From the NCBI RefSeq assembly GCF_009914755.1, contig NC_060930.1: DNA of 64,000 bases; one strand, 5' to 3'. Of the stretch, positions 13,711 to 26,879 are shown one piece after another; within the stretch, counting starts at the first letter, position 1; the number at the start of each line of letters is the position of its first letter. The translations under genes were made by a program, and so were the position numbers. The DNA comes from the human T2T-CHM13v2.0 reference genome, Homo sapiens. Under the pieces are notes generated by a model, which saw nothing but the letters and a program-made list of their open reading frames with translations, did not search any database and had not been told where the DNA came from.

Positions 13711-15497
13711 CATAGGTACATTATTCCCTGTGTTCCTGCACATTTAAGTGTTATTTTTAAAACTTAGACAAATGAAAAGAGTTTATCTGGGTCTATAATC
13801 CTTAACTCACATATCATATATATGAATTTTTTTGGATATGTTGAAAAGCTGCTGTAATTTTTGTACGTTACTCATGGATACATACTGCCATCATGATTTT
13901 CTATACTTTATCTAGGACTTGGATCACCTGGATGCCTAGGGTCTCATATTTTGTTATTTAAAAATATTTAATTCTCATAGTTTAATATGTATGTATCAGA
14001 ACTGACTCTTTGTTTGATATTTTATGTACATCTATAGATGCAAGTCTTTGTTTATTCCTAAAAAGTTTTATTGAATTAGTAGTACATTAACAGTAATTTT
14101 TTTTGAATTAGTAGTAATAGTAATTGGTAGTTCTGTTTTTTGCTATGATTTTCTTGTTCAGATACTCCACTGTTTTGTATGCTAGATCTTCTAAATATTC
14201 ATATTTTTTCTGAACTCTTTTATCTTTTTCTTTATTTTTAATTATATACATATTTGGCCTAATTATTTGTTTCTTCATCTCCTCTTTATCCTTTATTGTG
14301 CTTTTCAGTATTATAGTTATTTTCCTTTTGTTGCCTTAATTGATCTCTTTTTTATTACTAAAGTGATTTTTTTCTTTTTATTATTAGCCTCTGTCCTGAG
14401 CTCCTTCTTACTTTCTTTGTCTGGTTCTGTCTTGAATTTTGAACTTCTGTTTCATGTAATTTTTATATCTGCAACTGTTTAATTATATTTGTTATATGGT
14501 CATGTTCTTAATACTTTTTGACCTCCTGACCAGGATATTTATTATTTTTGTTTGATTGTCCTAACCCAATATAGTTGGTGATCTCAGGTGGGGATATGGA
14601 GGAATGGAGAATTAGAGACGTGGCTGACTTTCTTATTGCTTTGTGAGGGATCAGTTCCTGCTTTTTACTTTTACTAAAATAAAGCCATCATTTTTGTGAT
14701 TCTTTGATAGAATCTTATTTCAATGAGACCTTTGTTTCTTTAGTTTTCTTTTATTTTTATCACCAAACCTCTAACCAAACCCAGTTTCCAACCTAAGAGA
14801 GGAGAATATATCAGTACTCCTGAAGTTCCATTTTCACACTTCTTGAATTTAGTTCAGCTAACATTTCTCCCCAGAGCAAAATATAGTATTGAATTATTCA
14901 TTGCATTATTTTTCTACCTATATTCAATTACATATATGTACACATTTGTAAATATTAATCTCTAAAGATGCTTAAATTTTTTGAACAAATTTGCATCACA
15001 TTTTATATATACATTTCATAATTGTCGATACATATTGCTGTGGCTTATTTTAACAGCCCTGTAATAGTCTTTTGTTAATATTCATTCTCTTTTTGAAGGA
15101 TAGTTTTGCTGCCATAAGCAATGTTACTATAAGCATATAGCTTATGTATATGAATATGTATATGTTTATCTAAGATATACATCTAAAATGGGACAACAAA
15201 ATTATAAACTATGCTTATGTTCAATCTAAAAAAATGGCAAATCATTATTCAATTTAATTGTAACTATTTACATGCCCATGTTATATTTTTCCACTCCATT
15301 TAATCTTTACCATATTTCGTATTGTTGGGCTGGTTTTGACAATTGCTTCCTTTTAAGTAGAATGCTTCATGGTTTTATATGTTACTAATACTTATAGGCA
15401 AAAATGTATAATATTACCTTAAAGTAGACTACGATAATTTAAAATTTATATTTAGAGTTTATAAACTCTAAAGTAAGCACACATACTAAGAGTTATA

Positions 15498-17518
15498 TGT
15501 GCTTTGCAGTAATCTTGGGGTGTTTAAACTCTGCACATTAAAAACAAATGACTGGATCTTGATCAGCTCCTAGGAGACAACAAATAAACTCCTGGAATAT
15601 CCTGCCTGATAAATATTGTAAATCTGGGGTCTTGGACCACGCCAGATAATTTATGCTAACAATTTCATTTATGCTGAATGCCAGCTTTTGTTCTTCTGGG
15701 ACCCTGGGACACTATATCAGTTTGACCTCTGTGGGGGTGGTGGCTAAAAACTGAGTAGTCAAGGTCAGTCATCAGGTGTTCTATGCCTATGTTACTGGTA
15801 TGGTTTGGCTCTGTGTCCCCATCCAAATATCATCTTCTACCTCCCATAATTCCCATGTGTTATGGGAGAGACCCAGTGGGAGATAATTGAATCATGGGGG
15901 CAGGTCTTTCCCATGCTGTTCTTGTGATAGCAAATGAATCTCACCAGATCTGATAGTTTTAAAAAGAGGAGTTTCCCTACACAAGCTCTCTTTTCTCTTG
16001 CTGCTGCCATGTAAAAAGCACCTTTCACCTTCTACCATGATTGTGAGGCCTCCCCAGCAATGTGGAACTGTGAGTCCAATAAACCTCTTTCTTTTGTAAA
16101 TTGCCCAGTCTTTGGTATGTCTTTATCAGCAACGTGAAAACAAACTAATACAATAAATTGGTACAAGTAGAGTGGGGTGCTGCTGTAAAGATACCCAAAA
16201 ATGTGGAAGCAACTTTGGAACTGAGTAACAGGTGGAGTATGAAACAGTTTGGAGGCTCAGAAGAAGAAAGGAAAATGTGTGAAAGTTTGGAACTTCCTAG
16301 AGACTTGTTGAACGGCTTTGACCAAAATACTGATAATAACATGGACAACGAAATCCAGATGAGGTGGTCTCAGATGGAGATGAGGAACTTGTTGAGAACT
16401 GGAGTAATGGTGACTCTTGTTATGTTTTAGCAAAGAGACTGCTGGCATTTTGCCCTGCCCTCAATGGGTGGAACTTTGAACTTGAGATGATTCAGGGTAT
16501 GTGTCAGAAGAAATTTCTAAACAGCAAAGTATTCAAGAGGTGACCTGGATGCTGTTAAAGGCATTCAGTTTTAAAAGGGAAATAGAGAATAAAAGTTCAG
16601 AAAATTTGCAGCCTGACAATATGATGGAAAAGAAAAATCCCATTTTCCGAGGATAAATCAAGCCAGCTAAAGATATTTTTTATATGTAACAAGGAGCCAA
16701 ATGTTAATCACCAAGACAATGGGAAAAATATCTCTAGAGCATGTCAGAAACCTTTGCAGCAGGCCCTGCCATCACAGGCCTGGAAACCTAGGGCTAAAAA
16801 CTGATTAGTTAAGGTCAGTCATCCAGGTGTTTTATACCTATGTGACTGATATGGTTTGGCTCTGTGTCCCCACCCAAATTTCATCTTATAGTTCCCATAA
16901 TTCCCATGTGTTATGGGAGGGACTTGGTAGGAGATAATTGAATAATGCGAGCAGGTCCTTCATGTACTGTTTGCATGATAGCTAATGAGTTTCATAAGAT
17001 CTGATAGTTTTAAAAAGGAGAGTTTTCTTGCACATGCTCTCTTCTCTCTTGACACTGCCATGTAAAAAGTGCCTTTCACCTTCCACCATGATTGTGAGGC
17101 TTCCCCAGCAATTTGGAACTGTGAATCCAATAAAACTCTTCCTTTTGTAAATTGCCCAGTCCCAGTTATGTCTTTTTTAGCAGCATGAAAATGGACTATT
17201 ACAGTAACTGACCTGAAATAAAAGATTGGACAACAGGGCTCAGGTGAGCTTTCCTAGATAGCAACACTCCATGTGTTGTCAAACATCATTTCTGGGGGAA
17301 TTAAGCACTCTCTGTACAACTTCACTTGGAGCACAAAACTGGACGATCATACGTGGTTTCTCTGGAATTCTGCTATATGCACATTTTCCCTTTGCTTATT
17401 TTAATATGTATCTTTTAACTATAATAACCAGCAAGCACGAGTACAATAGTTTTCTGAGTTCTGTGAGTTTTTTGAGTGAATCATTTAACCTGATGGTGGT
17501 CTTGGGGACTCCCAACAT
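15498..17518 (+). mobile_element. MER68/MER77-like ERVL LTR split by THE1 (pieces 15498-15795 and 17204-17518)
   Basis: ctggaatatcctgcctgataa, ggaccacgccagataatttatgctaacaat, then after THE1 gggctcaggtgagctttcc...cttggggactcccaaca. Confidence 0.75.
15796..17203 (+). mobile_element. Rearranged THE1 element: LTR 15796-16152, 5' internal region 16153-16791, duplicated host flank 16792-16846, LTR 16847-17203
   Basis: Two LTRs (tg[g/a]tatggtttggctctgtgtcccc...cta[a/t]taca). The internal region is homologous to the minus-strand THE1 internal region at 5350-5990. TSD-like pentamers gttac, gtgac and gtaac. Confidence 0.92.
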
Positions 17519-19169
17519 AGGCAATAAGCCAAAAAGGAGATAAAATGCAATCATAAGATTACTTAATTAATCCAGAAGAAAGGCAAAAACAAAGGATTGG
17601 GGTGGTGAAGGAAAGGAAACAAATACAGATGGAAAAAGTTAAGAACTACTGCCCAGTTGGTAAATTTAAATCTGGCCATATCAATAATCATATTACAAAT
17701 AAATTGTCTAAATATCCTAGTTATAAAGTAAAGACTGTCAGATCAAATGAAAGAGAAAGCCTCAATATAGGCTGTCAGCAAGAAATCAACTTTAAATCTA
17801 AAGAAATAAATAGGTTAAAAGTGAAAAGAAGGGGAATGATACACCATGACTACACTAATCAATTAGACATCTATAGTGGTAAAATTCATCTCGGACTCAG
17901 AAATTTCTAGGAGGAATAATAACAGAGAAAACTAAAGTTATTTATTAGTGGCAAAAGGGCCAATTAATCAAGAACACATAACATTCTAATGTTCATGAAC
18001 CTAATACAGAATTTAAAATACATGAAAAAAGTCTATAATTAATAGTCAGATTTCAATACCAGAAAAAGTAGACAGTAAATGTATAAGGATACAGATGATG
18101 TGAACACTACTATCAGTCAACTTTACCTAATTGATATTTATGGGACACTCTGTCCAATAACAACTAAATACATATTTTTTCAAATGCCTGCAAACATAGT
18201 TCATAGCAAAGGTGCTGTCAAAGCAGTAGACCAGAAAGCTACAGAATGGACTTTAATTATTTCTAAAACATATCTGACAAGGACTTTCATATAGCATGTA
18301 TATAGTGAATTCTTTGAACTCACTATTAAGATAAAGCAATTTAAAAATACCAAGCAAAAGATTTGAGCTGACTTCAGCACATAAAATATAATAATGGCTA
18401 GTAAACTCAAGAACAATACTCAACACAGTCATATAAGAAATGAACAGTAAACCACAATGCAATACCATTATATACCTACTAGAGCAGCTAAAATTAAAAA
18501 GCCTCAGCAAAACAAGTGTTAGCAGTGATGTGAAACAACTGAAACTCTCATACACTGCTACTGGCAAGATAAAATGGTGCACAATTTCCAAAAAAAAAAA
18601 AAAAAAAAAATGGGCGGTTTCTTAAAATACTGCCTACACATTTACCATAATACTTGATATTCTCTTCCTATTTCTATTTACTTAAGAGAAAGAAATGCAT
18701 GTATCCACACAAAAACACAAATGTTAGTAGTCGTTTCATTTACAATAGAAAAACTGAAAACAAGCCAATGTTGTCAATGGGCAAATTGACCTACCACAAT
18801 GGAATACTGTTTCACATTAAAAAGTAATAGACTATTAATACTTAACAACCAAATGAATAAGTCTCAAAATACAGGAAGTAAAAGTAGCAGAACAAAAGTG
18901 TGTACATACAGTAGGATTCTGTTTACATAAACTTATAGAAAATGCAAAATGATCTATGCTGACACAAACCACACGGGTGGTTACCTAGGGATAATAACGT
19001 AGGTAGAAGCAGAAGGAAGAAATTAAAATGAGGCACAAGAAAACTTTGGGGATAATGGCTATGTTAATTATCTTATTTGTGGTGATAAGTTCAATGGTTT
19101 ATATATCAAATTGTATATTTTACATATTTACAGTTTATTATATGTTAATTATACCTCATAAAACAGAGG

Positions 19170-19420
19170 AGTCTTTGAATTCATAAAAGAAGTAGAATGC
19201 CATTCCTAGCTGATACTGGTCCACAGGTTATCTCAACCTAGATAATTCTTGTCCCCTGTTGCACAACTCACCTATAGTTAGTCAAGTCTTTCAGTTGAGT
19301 TCCAGATACCACAAAAATGTTCCTAGATGTACCCTGTCAGATTTCCTGCCCCATACAACAAAATGGTTATTTTATGCCACTCATTTTGGAATAGCTTTTA
19401 TAACAATAACTAAAATACAT
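19170..19420 (+). mobile_element. Probable MLT1 LTR 3' fragment
   Basis: aaaatggttattttatgccactcattttggaatag...aataactaaaataca resembles an MLT1 3' end. Confidence 0.45.
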
Positions 19421-20159
19421 ATTAATTACTACAGTCATTACATTTCCTCTCTTGGATTGTTCTTGTTTGAGTGTGGTAACAAGGTATAATGCAATAAGTT
19501 TATATGAGTTAGGAGAGTGTTCATCCTTTAACCTTGTTAAAGTTTCAGATGAACTCTTCATTCTTGATTGCCTTGCTTATTCAAGAGAGAGATTTACATT
19601 TCATCTAAATCATTTTATCTTTTTTCTACATATTTTTTCTAAGACTATGGTCTCAATTATATTTTCCCATATTACACATTTTCACCTTTCTAGTTTCTAA
19701 TCTTTTGAGATTTGAGAAAAAAAGAAGAAAAGACTCACAATTGCAGTCAGCATCCCTTTGTCTTTTGAAGTGTCTTACCACGTCTTGAATGTTCCTATTC
19801 GTAAGAGACATTTTTTGATGATTTGACTTCCTACTTATTTTCTTCTCTTTAGGCAGGCATTTGGTGTTGACTCTAAATGTGTAGTGTAGCTGTGAACAAA
19901 TATCCTTGCTTATATAATTTATCTTTGAGCAACATTTAGCAACTGACTTCTTCTGAAATTTAAGTGTTTGTTTCAATGTTTAAAGTGGCAGCAAATCTTA
20001 CAATAAATATAAACACTGAAACCATTGAGTTGAAAATATTAACCAGGCTTCAGCCTATTTCTTAGATCAGAAATGCTAATGAAAGGAAAATAAGCTTTTT
20101 GGCAGGTGTTTCCATGTGTACTGCTTATTTAATCTATACAACGCACTTCTTGTTATTTG

Positions 20160-20285
20160 TTATTATTATTACACTTTAAAGGTGAACTTCCTAAATTATA
20201 CAGAGATTAAGTTATTGCCTAAGGTCATATAGCTAATAAGTGACAAAACTCAAATCTGAAACTAAAATCTTCTGATTCCCAAGAC
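20160..20285 (-). mobile_element. MIR SINE fragment
   Basis: cagagattaagttattgcctaaggtcatatagctaataagtgac...tcttctgattcccaag. Confidence 0.7.
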
Positions 20286-21923
20286 TTACTTAAAAATATT
20301 TATTTCATTTCCTGCTATGTATAAAGCAGTCAAGAAATATTAACTGTCATTTATAACATTATTATTTATGTATTGCATTATATATATTTTAGATTAATAG
20401 TGTTATTATTTCTAATTTTTCTAGAAGCCATGTTGAAGTAAGTACACCTCTCAGTAAAATGGTATTGCCATGTTAATTTGCTTTGTTTTAAAGAAATTTC
20501 CACCACTTTAGTTCTCACAGGCAATATACAATGATCCTTTTAAAAAATACAGTTCTGTAAAAAACAAGCTTTATTATTAAAATAATTTTTGTTATTAATT
20601 AAATATGAATAATTGAGTTCTATGATTAAACATTTTTATTTAAGCATAAAAATATCCCAGCCTAGATCTTCACCTTGTGTTTGCTGATGGTCTCCTTCAC
20701 CATTTGCTTTATTTTTTTAAATTAAGTATATATGCTATTTTGATAATTGCTAGTAAATGTTTATATTTCGAGAGAGATTTACATTTGGTCTAAATTATTT
20801 TATCTTTTTCTATATATTTTTTCTAAGACTGGTCTCAATTATATATAACACAAGTAAAATATATGTTTTGTACTGAATCTTTAGAAGAATATTATTTTGG
20901 CATTTGTTAATTTGCCTTTTATATGGTCTCCTAATTATGATTTTTTTTAAAAAAGTATTCATTTTATATATACATTAGCTAGACATTTGCTAAGAAATGG
21001 GATAAATTAAAACCAGCCTCTGCCAAGAAACAATATGAGTTGAACGTTTCATGTCACCCATAGTTTCAGTTTGGGCAATAGTAAATTTTGTATCTCAGAT
21101 GTATACTTGGAGAGGACATTGATGTACATGGCTCCTGATCAAAATTCCAGGTCCTAATTGACAATATCATTAATTGAGTTGTCTGTTGAGCTGAGGTGGT
21201 GCCTATTTCTTTGGCAAATGTTAATTTTTTCTGGGAAATTAGAATATTACATGCAATCTAAAGTTCTTTCAGCTCCATATCCATCAAAATGGTTTTACCA
21301 CAATCTTTCCCTCTTTCTATTTCCTTTGAAGAGTTTCACATTGCATTGGAGAATTATAACTCCAAATTTCACTGTGCTGTTAGAGGGTTGGGTACTAATA
21401 GCTGGTATCTCAAAAGAATGTAGAGTGAAAAGTTTGAGAGAGAGTATTTGATAAATACTGTTTCAGGAGATAGTTATATTTCAGTGTGTGGTTGGGTGCC
21501 ACTAAATTGGTCAATAGAGAGTACTGGCAGCAGGGGGTTTTAAAGGCAAAATGAGTGGGTGAGTTAAATTTTCTTTTCTGATTTTCTACTTTTCATGCTA
21601 CTTTGGTTCTGAGAATAAAGGGCAGGTAGTCAATGAGTAAGTTTCGCTATGCTAACTTATGCTTCAAACAATTAGAGAAAATGCCCTCCATTATTTGAAT
21701 ATAATCTTTCTATCTCTGTCTCTCTCTCATCCTAATGTTTTCACTATGTATAACTTCTGAAAAGTTTTGAGTAACTTTAAAAAAATTGTTTACTGTCAGG
21801 TTAATTTCAAATTCAACAGATTATATAACTGAAAGATAATTATAGCAAATAGGGTTACCCATATAGATATATATGTCTTATTTGTTTTACATTATGTAAT
21901 TTCATTTTCTATGAAATGAATTG

Positions 21924-22044
21924 TTAGTAGAGACGGAGGTTTCACCGTGTTAGCCAGGATGGTCTCGATCTCCCGACCTCGTGATCTGCCCGCCTCGGCC
22001 TCCCAAAGTGCTGGGATTACAGGCGTGAGCCACCGCGCCCAGCC
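21924..22044 (-). mobile_element. AluY-like left monomer only (right arm and poly-A absent)
   Basis: ttagtagagacggaggtttcaccgtgttagccaggatggtctcgatctcccgacctcgtgatc...gcgcccagcc, with 10 intact CpGs. Confidence 0.92.
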
Positions 22045-23675
22045 CATTTTTTCTTGTTTTTCAAATTCCTCTGGGTGTAATTTTAGGTTGTTAATTGAGA
22101 TCTTTGTAGCTTTTTAACGTAGCCATTTAGTGCTATAAAGTTTCCTCTTAGCAATGCTTTAGCTGTGTCTCAGAGTCTGTTATGTTGTATCTTTGTTTTC
22201 AATAGTCTCAAATAATTTCTTGATTTCTGCCTCAATTTTATTGTTTAACCAAAAGTCATTCAGGAGTAGGCTGTTTAATTTACATACAATGGTATGGTTT
22301 TGAGAGATCTTCTTGGTATTAATTTCTATTTTTATTTTACTATGGTCCAAAAGTGTGGTTAATAGTAAGTTTTTTTTTTAATTTGTTGAGATTTGGTATA
22401 TGGTCTATCTTAGAGAATTTTCCATTGACAGATGAGAAGAACCTATATTCTGCAGTTGTTGGGTGGAGTTTTCTGTAGATTTCTGTTAGGTCCATTTGGT
22501 CAAGTGTTGTGTTTAGGTCCGAATACCTTTGTTAGTTTTCTGCCTTGATAATATAACACTGTCAGTGGAGTGTTATAGTCTCTTACTGTTATTGTGTCAT
22601 TATATAACTGTCTTCACAGGGCTCTGAGAACTTGTATGTATCTGAGTGCTCCAGTATTTAGAACAGTTAAATCTTCTTGTTGAATTGAACCTGTTATCAT
22701 TATGTAATGCCCTTCTTTTTGCTTTTTGATCATCATTGGTTTAAAGTCTCTTTTGTCCGAAATAAGAATGGCAATCCCTGCTCTTTTCGGCTTGCCATTT
22801 TCTTGTGGATCTTTCCTTATCCCCTTACTTTGAGCGTATGAATGTCCTTGCATATGGGACGGGTCTTTTAAAGACAGCATATAGTCAGGTCTTGCTTATT
22901 TATCCAACTTGCCACTCTGTGCCTTATAAGGCATTTAGCCTATTTATGTTCAAGGTTAATATTTATATATGAGAATTTGATCCTCTCATCCTATTGTTAA
23001 CTATAGGATTATAGTTAACTATTGTTAACTATTGTTGTTATGTAGACTTGATTGTACAGTTGCTTTATAGTGTGACTGGGCTATGTACTTGAGTATATTT
23101 TTGTGGTAACAGGTAACAGTTTTTCATTTCCATGTTTAGCACCCCCTTAAGTACCTCTTGTAGGGAAGATCTGGTGGTAATGAACTCCCTCAGTGTTTGC
23201 TTCTCTGAAAATAATTTTATTTCTCCTTTGCTTATGAAAGTTAGTACAGATGGATGTGAAATATTGGTTGGAATTTCTCTTCTTTAAGGATGCTGCATAT
23301 AGGCACCCAATCTCTTCTGGTTTGTAAGTTTTCCACTAAAAGGTCCAGTGGTAGCCTAATAATGTTCCTTTGTATGTGACCTATTCCTACTCTCTAGTTG
23401 CCTTTAGTATTTTTTTCTTTCATGTTTACCTTGGATAATCTGATAACTATGTGGCTTTGTGGTTATTGTCTAATGTAGCGTCTCACTGGATGTGTCTGAA
23501 TTTCCTGAGGTTTGCATGTCAGCCTCTTTAGAGGAGTTCAGGAAATTTTCATGGACAATATCCTTAAATATGCTTTCCAAGTTGCTTATTTTCTCTCACT
23601 TCATTTCTGGGATGCTAATGAGTTATAGGTTTGGTGTCTTTCCATAATCTTATCTTTCTTTGAGGTTTTGTTCAA

Positions 23676-23981
23676 TTTTTTTTTTTTTGTTTTGTTTTTT
23701 TCTGAGACGGAGTCTTGGTGTGTTGCCCAGGCTGGAGTGCAGTGGCCCAATCTTGGCTCACTGCAAGCTCTGCCTTCCCAGGTTCACGCCATTCTCCTGC
23801 CTCAGCCTCCCAAGTAGCTGGGACTACAGGTGCCCACCACCACGCTAGGCTAATTTTTTGTATTTTTAGTAGAGATGGGGTTTCACCGTGTTAGCCAGGT
23901 CTCGAACTCCTGACCTTGTGGTCCGCCCACCTCGGCCTCCCAAAGTGCTGGGATTACAGGCATGAGCCACTGCACCCGGCC
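23676..23981 (-). mobile_element. Full-length AluY-like element inserted in L1 ORF1
   Basis: Poly-T at 23676-23701, ctgcaagctc...ggttcacgccattctcc (AluY-type), TSD ttttgttcaattttt on both sides. Confidence 0.93.
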
Positions 23982-25193
23982 AATTTTGTTCAATTTTTAA
24001 AGTTTTTTTTCTTTATTTTTGTCTAATTGAGTTGATTTCAATAACTGGTCTTCGAGCACTGAGATTCTTTCTTCAGCTTGGTTTGTCTTGCTGTGTATAC
24101 TTCTAGTTGTGTTATGAAATCCTTATAGTGAGTTTTTCAACTATAGAAAATAAATTTGGTTGTTTAAGAAACAACCAAATGGCTATTAAAATGGCTATTT
24201 TGTCTTTAGCTCTTGCATCATTTTACTGGATTCCTTAGAATCCTTGAATTAGGTTTCAACTTTCTCTTTAATCTCAATGATCTTTGTTGCCATACAGTTA
24301 CTGAATTCTATGTCTTTCATTTCAGATATTTCAATTGCTGGGCATCTAGTGTGGGAATTTACAGGTAAGAAGACACTCTGACTTTTAGAGTTGTCAGAGT
24401 TTGTGTGCTGGTTCTTTCTCATCTGTGTGGCCTGATGTTCCATTAACATTTGAAGTTGCTCTCCTCTGTGTGGGGCTTTTTCCTTTTGTATTATTTGATG
24501 CCTTTGAGGTTTTGACTGTGGTATAATTTGGGTCTAGTTGATTGTCTTCATTTCCAGATTATTTTAGGGGGCCAAGGCTCAGCTCATCACTCCTGTGCTG
24601 TGTGCTCTATCCCTGCAGGGCTGGAAGTCTGTGGTTCTTTTCTTTGGCCTCTCAAGGTTAAGCATCTGTTGCACTGGAAGGGCCGAGGTGTTCTCAGTCC
24701 ACTGGCAATAGCATTGACAGAGGTGGGTTGCCGGCAAACACACTTTGGCAGAATGGTGGTGTGGTAACTGATATCTCACATATGAATGTGTGCTGGCAGC
24801 TGGGAGGTGGTGGGTCCCACACATGTGTGTGCCAGCTGTGGGTCCTGTTTGCATATGCCCACTGGGGCAGTAACAGTCCTACACATGCATGAGCACTGGT
24901 GGTGGGTGGGGGTGGAGTCAGCACCTCAGGAGGAGACTGTAGGTGGTGCATGCCTGGGGGACGCATCACAGAATCTCTCTATTAGGCGTGGTCTGCTTGT
25001 AAAAGAGTTACAGTTGTGGCTGCTGGCAAGTGGCTTGGCTGAGCAGCCAAGGATATGCTACAAGCAGGTGTGGCCAGTCAGTGACCCTGGAACAGACTGG
25101 CAGACAGGAGTGCTCAGATCCGACTGGCCCCATGGCATGAACAAAATATTCCTGCTCTGTTCAGATCCAGAAACCAACAAAAGCTAAAGCCGC

Positions 25194-25606
25194 TGATATA
25201 CTTTGGATATTTGTCCCCACCCAAATCTCATGTTGAATTATAATCCCCAGTGCTGGAGGCGAGGCCTGGTGGGAAATGTTTGGGTCACAAGGGTGGATTC
25301 CTCACGATTTAGTGCTGTCCTCATGATAGTGAGTTCACATGAGATCTGCTTGTTGTAAAGTGGGACACCTCCTGTTCCACCATCTCCTGCTCCTTCTCCT
25401 GTCATGTGATGTGCCTGCTCCTGCTTCACCTTCTGCCATGAGAAAAAGCTCCCTGAAGCCTCCCCAGAAACTGAGGGGATGCAGGTGTCATGCTCGTGCT
25501 TCCTGTACAGCTTGAAGAACTGTGGTGAGCCAATTAAACCTTTTTACTTTATAAATTACCCGGTCTCAGGTATATCTTTATAACAATGCAAGAATGGCCA
25601 AGTACA
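25194..25606 (+). mobile_element. Solo MST (MSTB-like) MaLR LTR inside the L1 5' UTR
   Basis: tgatatactttggatatttgtcccc...gaatggccaagtaca, with TSD gccgc / gccac. Confidence 0.9.
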
Positions 25607-26879
25607 GCCACCTGGATGAGTATGATGAGCCTTGTGGGATGGGCACACATGTCCATGCTCCACTGCAGTTATCCCCTCTATGCTCTGTGCAGGCTGAAGT
25701 TCTGTCTTTACCAAGTCTCTGGACAATTCTCCCTACCAGTTCAAGTGCCTGTGGGGGTCTCAAAGTTTCCTACAGCTAATACCCTGGAGGTCGATGATGT
25801 GAGTAGGTCACTCCATGCCTCTTTTACTCCCCTCTTCCCACTCAGGGCCAGGAATGAGTCCTGGTGCTCAGCAACCCTGTTCAGGATTCCCAGCTTCCTC
25901 CCATTTCAGCCCAAAGTCTGCATCCTCCCTCCGCCCACTCCCAATGCCTTCTTGCCAAAGATTTTAATCAAAAATTTGAATAGATATGTAAATTAGACAA
26001 ATAGTTAAATAGAAACTGTAAAAGTTCCTATGCTTCCATTATTTATATTTCTGGGTTGCATTCCCACTTGGAAAGTGAACTCATACTTTATCTCATTTTA
26101 TCATTGCACAGCCTAGTTAGCTTGATTAGTGTTTTTCATTCTGCTTGTAAATGCTCTGTGGTAGGAATACAGATTGCCTTATTTATTGCCCTTACTTATT
26201 GCCCTCACAAGCAATATTAGTTCTTCTGCTGCATAAGTGGATATTTAGTGATGGTGTCTAGCAAGTCAGAGGATAAGTAGAGTGTAAGCACTGAACAACT
26301 GTGTTTCATTCCCAAAGTACCTCTTAGAGCAAAAATAGTCATTAAGTATTCAATATTTATTGTGGAAAAAAAGCATTTCGTTTTCATAGTCATTTTAATC
26401 TCTGGACACATTCAATAATTAAAGTGGTAAAATATAATAATATGAGAAAAATAATCTATTTTACTTCAAGATTTAGAACTATAAATCAGAAATTCTGCTT
26501 TGCATAACAGATTTTTTAAAAGTGACATTTTGATTTTCCAAGTAGGTCATTTCTAAAACATTAACAATTTAAATGATTTCATTATAGTGAAAGAGATTAT
26601 TAAAGATTAATTTTGAAAACCTGATATTGACATAAATACTAAGAATATTTGCATTAGTTCTTGGATGGTAATAATGTAGCACTAAAATATAGTTAGGCTC
26701 CTTGTAAAATTGCATTTGTCGATATATTTTGAGTATGTGGTGCAAATCACAGCATTGAAAGTTTTAAGTTTTCAAAGGAACACAAGTCTGCAAACAGCTT
26801 TCTTTTTGGAAAAACATAAGATAAAAAAGTAAAAGAAATCTGAGAAGTAAATGCTTGCCAAATTTGTAATAAATATAAT

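Larger units (their letters stand above)
15390..19160 (+). mobile_element. Old L1M (L1MD/ME-like) with an internal deletion, split by the MER68/THE1 nest (pieces about 15390-15497 and 17519-19160)
   Basis: agagttata | ggcaataagccaaaaaggagataaaatg joins across the LTR. Endonuclease-like sequence at 17750-18200 jumps to ORF2 C-terminal and 3' UTR sequence at about 18205. Confidence 0.7.
22045..25972 (-). mobile_element. 5' half of a LINE-1 (L1PA15-16/L1PB-like): 5' UTR, ORF1 and ORF2 endonuclease; 3'-truncated; interrupted by AluY and an MST LTR
   Basis: Relic peptides MRKNQHTNSDNSKSQSVFLP (ORF1 N-terminus, 24249-24449) and AGIAILISDK...EGHYIMITGSIQQEDLT (endonuclease, 22614-22880). GC-richer 5' UTR at 24550-25970. 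Confidence 0.88.

Noticed and set aside
24528-25996. GC-rich ORF cluster as a promoter or first exon
   Set aside because: Explained by the L1 5' UTR and the inserted MST LTR, and it is CpG-poor.
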